Below are positions 11,896-26,029 of a stretch of DNA of 64,000 nucleotides, in pieces. The notes beneath the pieces were generated by a model. The model searched no databases. It was not told the DNA's origin and was given only the letters and a program-made list of their open reading frames with translations. Position 1 is the first letter of the stretch. Each line of letters begins with the position of its first letter. This DNA comes from the human T2T-CHM13v2.0 reference genome, Homo sapiens, in the NCBI RefSeq assembly GCF_009914755.1, contig NC_060944.1. One strand, given 5' to 3'. A program made the position numbers and the translations under genes.

Positions 11896-12880
11896 CATCA
11901 TTATTTCCTCAGGTGATGGGGCTAAATTTAGAGGCCAGGGAAATGAAACAGACTTGGAATTTGCACTCTCAGCTTTGACCTGCGTTGAATCCATGTATGG
12001 GACTGAGCTGGGCCTGGGCTTCTAAGACAGATTGCTGAGTGGACTGTGCTCAGAGGGAAATTTTTGGGGTAGATTAGCCAGGAGGCGATTTTGCACAAGT
12101 CAGTTTGGGTTGGAATCAGTTAAGTTTCTTTTTATTTGGAGTGAAAAGAGCAAAAACATACACTCGAGAAGCCACGATGGACTATTCATATCCTGGGCCT
12201 GGGCCAGGAACTCATGCCCAGGTCCTCTAGGGAGAGGCCTCAGGAAGAGACTAGTGAGGCTGAGCTCTCAACAGACTTGCTGAGACCCAGTGCATCAGCA
12301 GCCCTTGTGACAAAGTGTGACCCCAAGAGAGGAAGCCTGGACTTCTCACTTCTGCACCAGACCCAAAGCAGCTTTAATCAATGGGGATGCCAAGAATGGT
12401 ACCAAAGTCTGGGATATTGCACACCACACAGTGGGCATTTGCTTTCTTGCAGGGAGCACCAGCAGAGGTGGAAGTAGTGAGGTTCCCTGCCGTGATCTTT
12501 GGGCCGCAGGGGTCAGCAAGAAAAGAGGAGCAGGAGAGAAAGAATTTAGCAAGTGCTGCTGTGTGGGGAATGAGATTTATTCCTAACCATATAAGGGGCT
12601 CCACAACAAAATTGGGAGAACTTTTCATAGGTCCATAAATGGGGCTAGAACAAGTAAAACTTGGATGATTTTTGTTAATGTGACCCTGAGTTTAACCCCA
12701 ACCTGGGGTTCCACATTTTGGATCCAGAATGAAGCATGCATCCATTCAGCAGAAATGCTTTCAAGATATCCTTGTAGACAGGTGGGAAAATGTAAGCTTC
12801 GAGGTGGGTCCATGACTCGCTGAATGTACCTAAAAGGAGAGTCTTATCTTGGTGCAAAATTAGAATCACCTGGAGAACTT

Positions 12881-12969
12881 TATTTTTTAACTAGAGACAG
12901 GGTCTCCCTCTGTCACCCAGGCTGAAGTGCATTGGCAAGATCCTGGCTTACTGCAGCTTCTAACTCCTG
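12881..12969 (-). mobile_element. Alu fragment (AluJ/FLAM-like), preceded by a short MER5-like fragment at ~12848-12880
   Basis: agagacagggtctccctctgtcacccaggctgaagtgca...ctgcagcttctaactcctg. Confidence 0.85.
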
Positions 12970-13684
12970 CCATCCCTCCAAGAAGTGCAAGGTCTTAACC
13001 AGATCCTCTGACTCTTAGGCTGGGCCTCCTGACTCCACAGCCCCATGGCTGTCTTTCCTGAGTTATAGGATGCTCTAGACTGGGTATCTTGGGTAGAAAA
13101 TGAACCACAGGACTTTGAATATTGCTTCCATCTCTGAATGCCTATGCTGCCTCAGAGGCTGAGGCTGCCCCAGTGACCCACCTGTCCCCAGGCCTGGCTC
13201 CCACCAAGGCATGCCCACTTCCTGAGGCCTTCTCTCAGGAAGGAAATCCCAGTCATCATAAAAGGAAAATAAGGAAATAAAATCTTAATGGGATTTCATA
13301 GGTGATATAAAATCTCTACAACTCTGGGTGACAGACACTAAAAAAGATTATTTAGAGAGAAAAAGCTTTCTAAGACTTCCTGTGGAATTGGTTATCTGAA
13401 TAAGCTTGCATGGTAGTCATATATAATGTCAGTGGAGGGAGGGCCAGAAGGGTCTGGGCTGACTGGGGCCTGAGATCCAGGGAGACTAGTTTGACCCACT
13501 GAAGAGGCGCTCAGAGTCATGAGGCAACACCAAGACATACAGTCCTGTCTGCCTTATGACCTTCGCCACATCCTTCAGGCCTTGACTCAGCCACTGCCTC
13601 TTCTGGAACCTTCCCTGACCCCCCAATAGATTATGACCCTCCACTTCTTCCCCAGTATTCCTGGGACATGGTTCTATTATATAG

Positions 13685-13845
13685 CAGTGTTTTTCAGAAT
13701 GTGTCCACAGAACATCAGCATTGGTATTGACTGTGTGTATCTTGTTAGAAACAGGCTCCTGAAACCCACACCTAGACCTGCCATTTCAGAATCTCTAGGG
13801 GTGGAGCCCAGGCATCTGTATCTCCAACAAGCTTCATGGGTGTAG
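13685..13845. mobile_element. MER5A/B (hAT-Charlie)
   Basis: cagtgtttttcag...cccacacctagacct...tcagaatctctaggggtggagcccaggcatctgtat. Confidence 0.8.
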
Positions 13846-13849
13846 GTGA

Positions 13850-14110
13850 CATTTTGTTGAGATCTGGGGGCAAGAAGGAGCTCATCCTGTGAAGATCTGG
13901 GAGCAGACAGAGAATGGCAAGTGCAAGGGTCCTGAAGTGAAAAAGCATTTGGAAAGTCTGAGGGACAGCCAAGAAGATAGTGTGGCTCAAGAGACATGTG
14001 TGAGGGGCAAAAGTGGGAGGAGTTGAGGTTGTTGATATATCAGGAGCCAGATTCTGGGGGGAAGAGTTTAGACCTTATTCTAAGTTTAATAGAAAGCCAC
14101 AAAGGCGTCT
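13850..14110 (-). mobile_element. L2 LINE fragment
   Basis: gcaagtgcaagggtcctgaagtg...gccaagaag...gtgtggct...agaaagccac; typical antisense L2. Confidence 0.65.
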
Positions 14111-14114
14111 GTTG

Positions 14115-14890
<776 letters not shown>

Positions 14891-14899
14891 TAAAAGCTT

Positions 14900-15505
14900 T
14901 CAACAAAGGAGTGATTTGATAGCCTTTTTGTAAAGACCACTCTGGCAGTGGTGAGGAGACTGGATTGTGAAAGACTCATGGAAATGAGAAAATGAGCTTG
15001 AAGCCCATTGCAGTTGTCTGGGTTGGATCCCACAGTGGGTTCGACTGTGGAGGTAGTGGTGGAGATGAAGAGAAGCGAATGGATTCTAGATGTATGTGGG
15101 AGATAAGAGCTGACAGGATTTGCTGATAGGCTGAGTTTGGGGATGTGACCACAACATTATGCAATTTCAGAAGGAAGCACACACAGGAAGTGGTGCAATT
15201 TGGCACCACTGGATACAGTGAGGAGAGAAATGGAGATGGATGAATGTCTTCTAGATTTTTGGCTTCTGCGACTGGGAGGATGGGGGGTCATTTACCAAGA
15301 GAGGAAGACCTGGGAGGAAGAAAATTGATGAGTGTGGGTGGCGGGAGGCGGGGACCAGGAGGACCAATATCTCTGTTTTGGCCATGCTAAGTTTGAAGTG
15401 TCCATTGAATCTAAATGGAGATGTCAAGTAGGCAGTTCGATATATGCGTCCAGAGCTCAGTGGAGCAATCAGGGCTGGAGTTATAAATGAATGAACCAAC
15501 ATTTG
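14900..15505 (-). mobile_element. L2 LINE fragment
   Basis: aagaccactctggcag...gctgacaggatttgctgatagg...ctgttttggccatgctaagtttgaagtgtcc...ggagatgtcaagtaggcagtt. Confidence 0.85.
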
Positions 15506-15514
15506 ACAGTGGTG

Positions 15515-15775
15515 TAGCATGCCTTTGCTCAGGCTGTTCCCTTTGCCACATCTTCCCTGGCCACTTAGCTCCTATTTCTGCTTTAAGACCCAGTTCAAAC
15601 ATCACCTCCATGCAGAGTTTGTGGTTCTCACCTCTGTGTTCCCAGAGTTCACTGTAAATATCTCACATGTTCCAAATAGCCTGCCTCCCCCACTAGACCA
15701 CAAACTCTGAGAATCTTTGTATTCCCAGCACCTAACTGAATGCTTGGCACATGGAAGATGCTCAATAACATCAAC
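15515..15775 (+). mobile_element. L2 LINE 3' end
   Basis: gcctttgctcaggctgttccc...cccactagac...tattcccagcacctaa...atgctcaataa. Confidence 0.75.
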
Positions 15776-16584
15776 TTCCTTCCTTCAAGGCATTGGGCTG
15801 GGTACTTATAAAAGCAATGCTCCATTTAAACTTCTCCACAGTGCAGAGGGTATGTTGTCATTCCATTTCAAAGTTAATCACACTGAGGCCCTGAGGGATT
15901 AAGGTCCTGCCCAAAGTTTCTGCAAGTGGAAGCATCTGGATCTGTCTGATTTCACTGCCTGGGCTCTTTCCACGTTGCCTCTGCCCCACTCCTGCCTCCC
16001 ATCCCCTCCCTCCTCCCACTCCCTTGCAGCCCTCCTCCTCCCTGGCAGGGCTCCCACGCTGCCTGCGCCTCCACACAGGATGTGCTTCCTGAAGTTCCTG
16101 GTCCAGATGGCCCACGGAAGCTGCTCCTCATAAATCACCAGGCCTCGCAGAGCTGTGCTCAGCCACTTTCTCCTCTCAATCTCCCCAGGTCCCAGTGCGT
16201 GGGCCCCATCTGCCCAGTCAGCAGAACTGGCTTCTCTAGACTGGGGAGCAGATCTATGGTCCCCCTCCCCAGCAGGGCCAGGAGCCATGGAGCAGATTCC
16301 TGAGAGCTGATGAGGGGACTCACAGAGCATCTTTGTTAGGGACTAGGAGGTGACTAAATAAGATGCACAGTGCTTAAAACTTTGCCCCCAGTGGAGGTGC
16401 AGGTGCAAAGGGTTAAGAAATCCACCTGCCAGCCAGGCCCTATCACCACTGGGTATTCGGACCCCTTTGCTCCCTAAGACACCATGCCACAGGGCAATTG
16501 CATGCTTGGCACCACCAAGTCCCCAAATACATTTCCCAATACAGATCAGCAGCTTCAGTGACAACCCGCTCGAGGCCCAGCACA

Positions 16585-16740
16585 CCTTGGACAAGTCACT
16601 TCCCTTCCCTGAACTTTCATTTTTTTTATTTGTAAATTGCAGATAATAGTATCTGCCTCTCAGCTATGCTAAGAAGTCAACAGACAGTGTTTCAAAAAGG
16701 CACATGGTGAGTCCCCAGAACATGGTAGGAATATAAATGC
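16585..16740 (+). mobile_element. MIR SINE
   Basis: ccttggacaagtcacttcccttccctgaac...tgtaaa...ataatagtatctgcctc. Confidence 0.7.
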
Positions 16741-16987
16741 AAGGCACCCTTGAGTATTGCCCTACTCAAAAATGGGCCAGAAGTGGGGACAACAGGGACC
16801 TGACTCCCTTTTTTTTTATTCCATTACCACCATCTCCTTAATGTTTCCAAAGCACAGACTGATCTGATGTGTCCCTCCTCTGCCTAAAAATCATTCAGTG
16901 GTCCTGATGTCACCTTAGGCAGTAATTCTCCATATCTTCTTTTCTGTAACTTTAAAAACTACAGTTTGGGACCATATACTTGGAGGC

Positions 16988-17410
16988 TGTGGCAAAGTTG
17001 GCTAGCTGCCCACCAAAAATGCATGCTCCTGTTCCATGGTACGAGGTTGTCAGATCATGGTTGCCCAATCGGAATGACACTTTCTAGCCTCTCTTGCACT
17101 AGACGGAACCACATGACTACTTCTTATCACTGAAACATGAGTGAAAGGTATATGCCTCTCCCTTCCAAGCAGAGGTGCCTTTGCCCCACCTTCTCTTTCC
17201 TTGTCTGCTAGCTGGAAGAAAGGATTCTAAGTTGCAAGAACTTGGTGGAGCCATAAAACGAAAGGTGCCTCAATCCATGAATGGCCCTGTGGAACAGAGA
17301 GCCAGCACTGTCAATTGAGTACTCACTTTCTGCACTTGAAGGAAAATTTTTTGAGGCCAATAATATTTTACACTTTATCTGTGACAGCAGCTAGCATTAC
17401 CCTAACTCAA
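16988..17410 (+). mobile_element. MLT1J-like MaLR LTR
   Basis: tgtggcaaag...tttctagcctctcttgcactag...ccacatgact...gtgacagcagctagcattaccctaact. Confidence 0.7.
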
Positions 17411-17659
17411 AGGAGTTAAAAGATTCAAAATAGCATAAAACAAATCAATAATAATGATGGTGCAATCATGACTATAGTATAACAGTACCTCACAGAATCT
17501 ATAAAGGCACATACCTGTGCTGACTATTTAACAGAGACCTATGGGTACCACATATCAATTTGAGTAGACTTAGTGCCCTGGTCTTGCTCCCTATATGCCC
17601 ATAAAATGCCACCCTTGACTGTTCTACTAAGCATGCCTCTTTGCATCTTGTCACACAAC

Positions 17660-18140
17660 CCACCCACCCACTGGTAGCATCAGCCTGATTTCCATCTGGG
17701 CAGTCACGCTACCCCTATTCTTAGTCTCTAGGTTCCAATAGGTCTGGCACATTGTCTAAGCCTGGCCAATCAAAGTTCTACTCACGATAGCAGTGGCTGG
17801 CCTAGGAGTGGGCACATACCCTACAGCCAGTTGAATCATCAATTATGGTAAATAGCAAGACTTTGTCCAGGTATGCTGGGGGAAACACAATTACTCTTTT
17901 CTGCTATATTCAACCCTAGAAAAAATAATAACAACCATGTTGCAAACACAAGGGGAGAGCCTAAGGGAGAATGGTGCCAAAATGGCAGGAGACAAGACCT
18001 AAAGAGAGAGAGAGAGAAATCAATCCCCAATTACATCAAACCATGGTCTTTTCACTTCCAGAAATCAATACATTCTCTTTTTTCCTAGCTCCAACTTGAA
18101 ATGGATTTTCTGACCCTTACAATCAAAATAATCCTAAGTA
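17660..18140 (+). mobile_element. MLT1K/L-like MaLR LTR
   Basis: aagcctggccaatca...ggctggcctaggagtgggcaca...attttctgacccttacaatcaaaataatcctaa. Confidence 0.65.
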
Positions 18141-18938
18141 GAACTCAGGTGTGCCAGCATTTGACAGCCCAACCCTGAAGGATTGGAAGTTCCCCAACAG
18201 GAGAGCCTCTGGCCTACATGGTACAATTTAGGCTGAGTCCTGCACCCACAACTCCCTTACCAGCCCCTGCATCCTCTCCCCTTCCTCCATTTGCCTGTCC
18301 CCCATATCCTCTTCCCAATCTCCACACAAATGATGTTGAATTCCCAGAAAGTAGAGATCCTTCTCCTACCCCCTGTCTCTGCTATTTGTTTCCTTACCCA
18401 CCACCTTTGCTCAACTACCCATAACCACTTCTCAGCCTCCCTCAAACCTTACCTCTTCTGTGAATTCATCTCTGAACAGAAATTTGTTTTCAATTAATCA
18501 AATTCTTTTTCTCTCTTTTTTGTTCAAATCTATGTTGGTTCTCTACCAAAACAGATCTGATCTTTAAAAAAAATGCCCAAAGAGACATTGGCCAAGTTTC
18601 AGCATGAGGTATCACTGAAACCACTTCAGGAAGGATAACACCACCACAGACTTCCTGGGAAGAAGAGATGTAAACCCACCTCAGAAGATGACAGCAGTGA
18701 AGAAAATGAGCATCACAAACTGGTTCCCAAGGCCTGGGCCTGAGAAACACTCAGGAGAGCCAATTGCTGAAAAAATAATAATAATAATACCCAGAGAGAG
18801 GAAGCCTTTTCTTCAGGAGGAAACTGACTCACACTCTCTGCCCTCAGATCTTCCTGTTCTCACCCTTACACCTCCACTCCAACTACAGTGCCTCCTTGCT
18901 GTTTCTCAAGCAACCAGGCATGTTCTCACCTCAACACC

Positions 18939-19455
18939 TGTATTGGTTATTTATTGCTATGTAACATACAACTCGAAATAGTAGCTGCTTAAAACAAGAA
19001 ACTCTTTTTTAAAAAACAGTCTCAGAGTTCCTGTGGGTCAGGAACCTGGGAGTGGCATAGCTAGGTTATTCTGGTCCCAGGTTTCTCCTAAGATTATGCC
19101 CAAAATGTCAATGCAGTTATACCCATTAGAAGGCTGGGGGCTCTGCTTCCAAGGTGGCCCACTCACAAGCCTCAGAAGTTATTGCTGGCTGTTGTCAGGA
19201 GGCTTCAGTTCCTTCCCATGTGGACTTCTCCATAGGACTGACTGCTTGAGTGCCCTCACAAGGCAGCAGCTGGCTTTCCACAGGATGGGTGATCCAAGAG
19301 AGAGAAAGGCTGAAGCTGTCATCTCTTTTATGACCCAGCCATGGAACCCATATTTCCACAATATCCTATTGGGTACACGTTAGCCCTATTCAGTCAGGAG
19401 GGGACTACACAAGAACATGAATACTGGAGTCATTGGAGGCCCTCTTTGAGGCTTA
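18939..19455 (-). mobile_element. MLT1F-like MaLR LTR inserted in an L2
   Basis: tgtattggttatttattgctatgtaaca...gcttaaaacaa...tgtgggtcaggaa...ctgcttccaaggtggcccactcac...gggtgatccaagagag. Confidence 0.85.
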
Positions 19456-19459
19456 GGAC

Positions 19460-19960
19460 CAGTGAGACTTTACACTTATCACTTCCGCTACCATCCTTTC
19501 CCCAGATATCCCCATGGCTTCTTCTTTTTCCTCCTTCGAATCTTTGCTCAAATGTCACTTTTTCAAAAAGACCAGCCTTTTAAAAACTACAGCTCCTCCT
19601 CTTGCCCCAGAGCATTCCCAAATTTCCTTTCCCAATTTATTTTATTCATTGCATTTATCATCAAATACACACACACACACACATAATTTTGTGTTTTTGA
19701 GTTTTAGATTTACAGAAAAGCAACAAAGATAGTACAGAGACTCCCGTATATGTTTCACCTGGTTTCTCCTAATGTTTGTTCTGGTTGAGTTTTTTTGTTA
19801 TTGTTGTTTTGTTGTTTTTTTCTGTCTTCCTCCATTAGAATATAAGCGCAATGAAAGCAGTGACTTTTGCCTATTTTATTGGCTGATGTATCCTCAGTGC
19901 CCAAAACATTGCCTCACTCACAGTAAACATTCAATAAATATTTGTTGGATGAATGAAAGA
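19460..19960 (+). mobile_element. L2 3' end (continues from ~18860-18938) with a short L1M fragment at ~19685-19775 and a (CA)n
   Basis: tctttgctcaaatgtcact...ccattagaatataagc...cattcaataaatatttgttggatgaatgaa; L1M piece ttttagatttacagaaaag...tagtacagaga. Confidence 0.75.
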
Positions 19961-21049
19961 CTATATTACCAGCTCAAAGAAAAGCTGACACTTGCCTTTT
20001 GACCTTGAAGTTCTTAACAGAAACACACAGGATATTTAACATAGGATGACCCAGGGGATTTAGGTAGAGTATTTAAAACTCAGCAGGGAAAGGTTTGGGT
20101 GAGAAAGTGTACACCTAACTTGTCGTAAAACAATAAACTTCATTTATTAATTTTCATTTTTCTCTCTTTGCTCTTTTCAGTATGATTTGCTTTACTGTTG
20201 ATAAAGTGAGTTGGCTTTATATTGTGTCAATAAGCCCATCTTCATTTATCAATAACACGAATGCAGTATTTCCCTAGAAGAGGCTTAACTGGGCTAAGCA
20301 GCGATGAGAAAGGAGAGAGGATGACTTCTGAAAAATCCAAAAGAATCACAGACTCTGAGATTTCCCCAATCTAGTGGAGTTTTCCTCAGTTCCCTGCTGA
20401 GCCTTCCCTTGTAGGGCTTCCCATCTGGAAGGCTCCTCCTCTCTCTCTTTATTCGCTGGGAAAATTATCCCAACAAAGCAATCACAGGATGCATGTCTTG
20501 TTTCCTTTGCTGGGGTCACCTCCACCAGGGCTTAATAGCCTTGGTGAATTCTCACTGATGGATTGATGTTGGCCCCTGGACTCTGAGCCCCTCCAGGCCC
20601 TGCAAGCCCCATTCCTATGTCAGATCCCTGACAGCTCCTAACCCATCCAATGCTGGGGCAATTGGCTGGGGGTGAGGCAGTGAATACTTATCAAGCACCT
20701 GCAATAAGCCCAGCACTGTGATATGTACTCTACAGATATTTAACTCCACTGAGACTCAGCATCACAGTTAAAAACAAGGGGAGGTGGGTGGCCTTGAGTG
20801 AGGCTTCCAGAGTTCAAAAATAATAGTTCCTACTTGAGGACTACCATAGAGATCAAAAGAGAGGAGGCAAAGGGTTTACCATTATGCCTGGAACTTAAAA
20901 AATACTCCATCGTGTTATTTTCAAACAAGGGCATTTTACAGATGCAAAAAGTGGAGCTCAGAAAGGTGAATAAATATGACTGATAAAATTTAGGTCCAGG
21001 TCTGCCTAGGTCTAAGTCCTTGCAGTACCCACTATATTAGTGTCACTCG

Positions 21050-21200
21050 AAGAATGGCATGGAGATATTTGCATTAGAATCACATGAGGAGCTGGTTTAA
21101 GAAGCAGAATCCCAGACGTCCAGAACTGGAACCCCTGGAGGGTAAGGCCCAGGGATCTGCATCTTTCACCAGCTCCCCATGTGACCTAATGTGCACGAGG
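21050..21200. mobile_element. MER5B-like fragment
   Basis: gcattagaatcacatgaggagct...gcagaatcccag...gcccagggatctgcatcttt. Confidence 0.65.
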
Positions 21201-21819
21201 CCAGCTCACCTCTCTTGGACCTGACACAAGCCAGGGATTTGTGCTTTGGCCCCTCTGTTAGTTCAAATGCAAGGCATGGGCAGCATTCTCTGCAGCTTTC
21301 TGGGGCCCAGCTAAGGCCATTATGACCCTGGACTCATGCATAGCCTGAAAGGCGAGTAAAGCTGTGTTCCTTTGGATCAGGGCATCACTGAGGGCAGAAA
21401 AATGGGTCTCGGGTCTCAAGGAAAACAAGCCTCAGCTGGGAGAAGAGGATGAATCAAAAAGAGAAAACCCCACCTAATTCTCAGCACAGGGCAGCTTGCT
21501 GAACAGAAATGTCTCATTGTGCCCCACTGTGAAGCAGTGGACCTCCATGCCACATAAAGTATTTTGGTACCTCTCTCAAGGTACTGTAGAACTTGAAAGA
21601 GACTTCTTTGAAGCTTCTGTCAGATGACAGGCAGAGCTGAGTGTAACACATACCCATCAAACAGAAGGGACTCGGGTTGGACCTGGAAGAGCATTTGGGG
21701 AACCTTTCAGGGGCTCCAAGGCTGGCAGGCCAGGAAGGGGCTACCCACCTTCCCCACAGTGGTGGTTCACACAGCCCCGCCCAGACCTCAGCTCTTGCTC
21801 TGAACCAAGAACTATCCAG

Positions 21820-21985
21820 GGCATTTCACATATGAGACCTCAGGTAACTCACATCAACTCTGTGGAACATCACTATGCCCAACTGACAGGTTGAGACTTT
21901 AAGGCTTAGGGAGATGAGGTCACTTGTTCAGAGTCACACAGCAGAGATTATGGAGCTGGGATTCAAGTTCAGTCTTAAATGGCAT
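21820..21985 (-). mobile_element. MIR SINE
   Basis: aggcttagggagatgaggtcacttgttcagagtcacacagc...ggagctgggattcaa. Confidence 0.7.
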
Positions 21986-22179
21986 CTGCCCTACACAGAG
22001 GGCTACAAGCAACGGACTGGCAGGGAGGGGAAGAAGGCTTGGCCATGTGCCCCTAAGGCTCACCATTCAGGTTCAGCTCTTGGCTCCTGATGCTCTCTGG
22101 AGTCCCCCAACTGGGCCAGTCTCCCAGGCACCTTGACTCACCCCTCTCAGCACTTGACTGAGCAAGGTCCTTTCATATT

Positions 22180-22746
22180 TTAATAACGTGAGCAGGAAGT
22201 ACAGAGAGTTTCCATGTATCTCCCACCCCCTTAATAAGCCCAACGTCTACTACTGACATCCTACAGCACAGTGATACATTTGCTACAATTGATGAACCTA
22301 TATTGACACGTCATTGCCACCGAGTCTGTAGTTTACATGAGGGTTCTCTTTTGGTGTTGCATATACTGTGAATTTGGAAAAGTGATGTGTATCCACAATC
22401 ATAGTATCAGAGAGAGTACTTTCACTGCCCTAAAGCTCCTCTGTGCTCTGCCTGTTCATCTCTTCCTCCCCTAACCCCTGGCAACCACTCATCTTTTTAC
22501 TGTCTCCATTGTTTTCCCCTTTCCAGAATGTCACAGAGTTGGAATCACATTGTTTGTTGCCTTTTCCAGTTGACTTATTTCACTTAGTAATATGCATTTA
22601 AGATTCCTCCATGTCTCAATGGCTCCATAGCTCATTTCTTTTTATGACTGTATAATATTCCATTGTCTGGTTGTACCATAGTCTATTTATCCATTCACCT
22701 ACTGAAGGTTGCTTCCAAGTTTTGCTAATTATGAATAAAGCTGCTT
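22180..22746 (-). mobile_element. L1MC-like LINE-1 3' region
   Basis: aagtacagagagtttcc...acaattgatgaacctatattgacac...cccctggcaaccact...ttatgaataaagctgct. Confidence 0.88.
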
Positions 22747-23489
22747 TTCATATTTTTTTAAAACTTTATTATTATTGTCATTGTAGTTCTTGATATCGTT
22801 AATGCAAGTTTACAATTCAGATTAAATAAGAAGAAAAGTTCTTAATCTCTGCTACTCCAAGGATTGCTTTATCTTATATTTTTTTAAAAATGAGATTATA
22901 CGATAAATGTTATTTTCTAATTATTTATTTTCCACTTAATCTGATGTGGAATATGTCACCTGTCTCAAAGACATGGTCCAACTTGTAACATGTTTGTGGG
23001 GTTCTGGAGATGGCTGTGTGACTTATTCAACCAGATCCTTTCTGATGGAAGTGCAGATTGTTCCAGATGACTTACACTTGCAGGTTCTCATGGTGAGGAA
23101 AGTTCCCACACTTTTTCAACCCAGCTACGCGGGACTCACATAGGCCAGCCTAGCCCCCACTTCCTTCCCTTCTCACATGAAGACTTGGGAAATGTTAAGG
23201 GAAGAAGAGGGGGTCTCAGGAGCCGAGGGGCTGGCAATGCGGATGCTGCTGATGTCAAGTAAAAGGAAGACTGAACAACACCCATCAGATTTAGTGGCCC
23301 AGAGTTATTCTTCCATGCCCTCACCTGACCTCGGGGTGAGGCATGGAATTCCAGCCTCCTGGGGGAGGGGCAGCAATGGGAAAGCCCAAGGGTCATCAGA
23401 ATTGCTACCTATCTGGCATATGTATCCTTGCCCTGATGCCTCACACCCATTCTCAGTTCCCCAAAAACAGCCCTACCGGTAGTTTCTGT

Positions 23490-23590
23490 TCTTCCCATTT
23501 TATATACAAGGAAATTGAGGCTGAGAAACCTCACCTGAAGTCAAGTGGCCAATAAATCACAAAGCCAGGGTTCAAACTCAGTTGCTCAGG
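23490..23590 (-). mobile_element. MIR SINE
   Basis: cccattttatatacaaggaaattgaggctgaga...agccagggttcaaactcag. Confidence 0.7.
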
Positions 23591-23949
23591 GCCCAAAGCT
23601 GGGTCAATTGCCCCAACCAGAGAGATGGCCCAGCCAGCCCACCCCATGGGCTAAATGACCTGACTGTTGTCTGAGAATTAGCTGATTCCCATTCACCAGA
23701 GTTCTCAAAACCACCAGCAGTTTCTGCATTGGTTATTTTGCTGCTTTTTTCTTTTAATTAAAAAATAATACAGGGCTACGGTTTAAAAAACATTTAAACT
23801 GGAGAGAAAAGAAGCAACCCTCAGACCCATTCTCTAGAGGTAACTTATGTGACCAATTTTGGGGGCCATGATGTGCATTTCATACGTATTTTGTGTGCAC
23901 GTGTGTATGCACACACATGTACACACATACAATAACTGCACTGCACACC

Positions 23950-24145
23950 CCCTATTATAGCCAGCCTCTATGCACTGGATGCTTTCAAGAACATTGCCCC
24001 ATTTCATCTTCATCAGTATGCCAGGGCCTGGACACTATTACCTTCCCCACTTTAGTGATGAGAAAATTCAGGTTCTGAGAGGCTGAGCCACTTGCTCAAG
24101 CTCACTCAGCTAGTGAGAGGCGAGACTGGAATTCAGGAGCAGGCT
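23950..24145 (-). mobile_element. MIR SINE
   Basis: gatgagaaaattcaggttctgagaggctgagccacttgctcaagctcactcagctagt. Confidence 0.75.
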
Positions 24146-25224
24146 TTTCATAGCACCTTCCTGCCTATAAAGAGGGGTGGCTGAGAAAACCCATTCCATG
24201 TCCTTGAAACAAAAGGCTCAGGAGGCCCAGACTGGGGGATGAAGTAATCCCTCAACATCTAGCAACTATGGGGCACCTACTGAGTGTCAGGCAGTACATT
24301 GCCTGGACCTCGGGGATCTCATAGTAACAGCCCCAAGAAAGACCATCCTGAGCAAGAGGCACCCCTGGCCTCCCCATGGCCCAGAAGGATGGCTTGCATG
24401 GTGACAACAGAGGCAGCAAGAGGGGAGGGAAATGGGTGGCAGCTCCAGTGGACACAAGCAGGAGTCTGCAGAGCTTCCTGGGAGGGGTCCCAGGGATAAG
24501 ACCCACACAGTGGTCCCGCTTTCAGTCATTTCTTCCTTCCAAGCTCTCACAAAAGTACTCGTGGCAGATCTATCTGGGTCACAGGACAGAAATAAACATC
24601 ATTTGAATAATCCCAGGCTGACAGCCTTGGAGAATGGACAGGAAAATTAGCCCCTGGAAAAGGCAAATCTGAGCATGTCACCAGAGGCACCAGAGGGTGT
24701 CTCAGTAGCCTCGGTGCCTCCTGGGAGCGCTCACCCTCACCCAGGCCCTTGGCTCAATGCCCGAGAGAAGGAGACAGCAAAATGCAGACTCAGGAGTGGA
24801 GGCCCACGACATCAGCCAGTGGCTTCATTGTTGCTATCAAAGAAGACAGGATTCGAACCCAGGTCTCTCCAACCTCACCTCTTCCTCCTGTCTCCTTACA
24901 GGAGCCATCTGGAGTTGGGTGGCCCATCTCAGAAGGAGTTGGATGTCTCGCTTGGAGTCTCCATGACAATCAATGACTCCCATCCCCAGTGGCAGGATGG
25001 CTTACCTGAGCCAGCCACACATTGGGCGACCCCTCACTTGGCTGGCATCAAAGGTGAGGTTGCTTTCCAGGTAGAAGGGCACAGCCAGTGGCAACGAATG
25101 CAGAAACCACCATTGGTTTCAAGAATTCTAGATGGTGGCTGTCAGCTGATTCTCAAAAAACAATCAGGTCTTTTAGCCCACAGTGGGGGCTGGCTGGACT
25201 ACCCACTATGGTGCCACAAAAAGG

Positions 25225-25400
25225 GCAGACTCTGGACCAGACATCTGAATTGGAGCTCTAGCTCTGTCTATTCCTGTGTCTACCTGGGAAGATGATCAGA
25301 TATCTCTGAGCCTCAGTTTTCTCATCCGTAAAATGGGTAAGAGTAATCTCTGCCTCGTGGGCTGCCAGGAGGGTCAGAGGACATGGACCTAAATGGAATG
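25225..25400 (+). mobile_element. MIR SINE
   Basis: ctctgagcctcagttttctcatccgtaaaatggg. Confidence 0.8.
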
Positions 25401-26029
25401 ACCACAATAGGAACAGACCCCAAAACCTGTCAAGCTGAGCCAGGGGGTCTCTACCCTTCCTAGCTTCTCTCCCTGTTTCCCAAGCTGGCTGGGCTCGAGG
25501 TTGTGCTGGCCGAGCGGACCAGGCACAGGCATTTTTCCCTCTTGCTGAGCAATGCGGATTGCGCCAAGCGTTCCCTCTCCTTTTGTGCATGTTTTTCATG
25601 ACCCGCTGCCAACAGCTCTTTGCTGGGCGGCTGCCACCATTTACCCAGCACAAGAAAACTGCCTTTCTTCCCCCATTTAGGGTCTGGTTTTAATTTCTAC
25701 AGTATTCTCTTTAATAACAATGCCTAATTAAAACATCTGTTAAAAAGTCTGTAACATTAACTTTACAGGGAGAATTTAATAGAATTATATTGGAATTGCA
25801 GGCATTTAACGGCCTTCCTAATTAGGCTTTTCTTTAAAAAAAAAAAAAAGGAAAAAGAAAGAAAGAAACATTCTACAAATTAAAATCTCGCTCTTTTTTA
25901 TGATAATGTAGGCTGATGGTCCAGTGGCTGGAGAGGACAAGTGGAAGCAGATAGAGAGACGGGAGTCATGCTAAGCCAGTATAATGACCTTTGTAGGATG
26001 GAGAAGGAAATTGGAGAGACCCTGCATTT

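Noticed and set aside
24675-25295. 206-aa ORF (+)
   Set aside because: Runs through MIR-like pieces (GFEPRS); no domain or family resemblance
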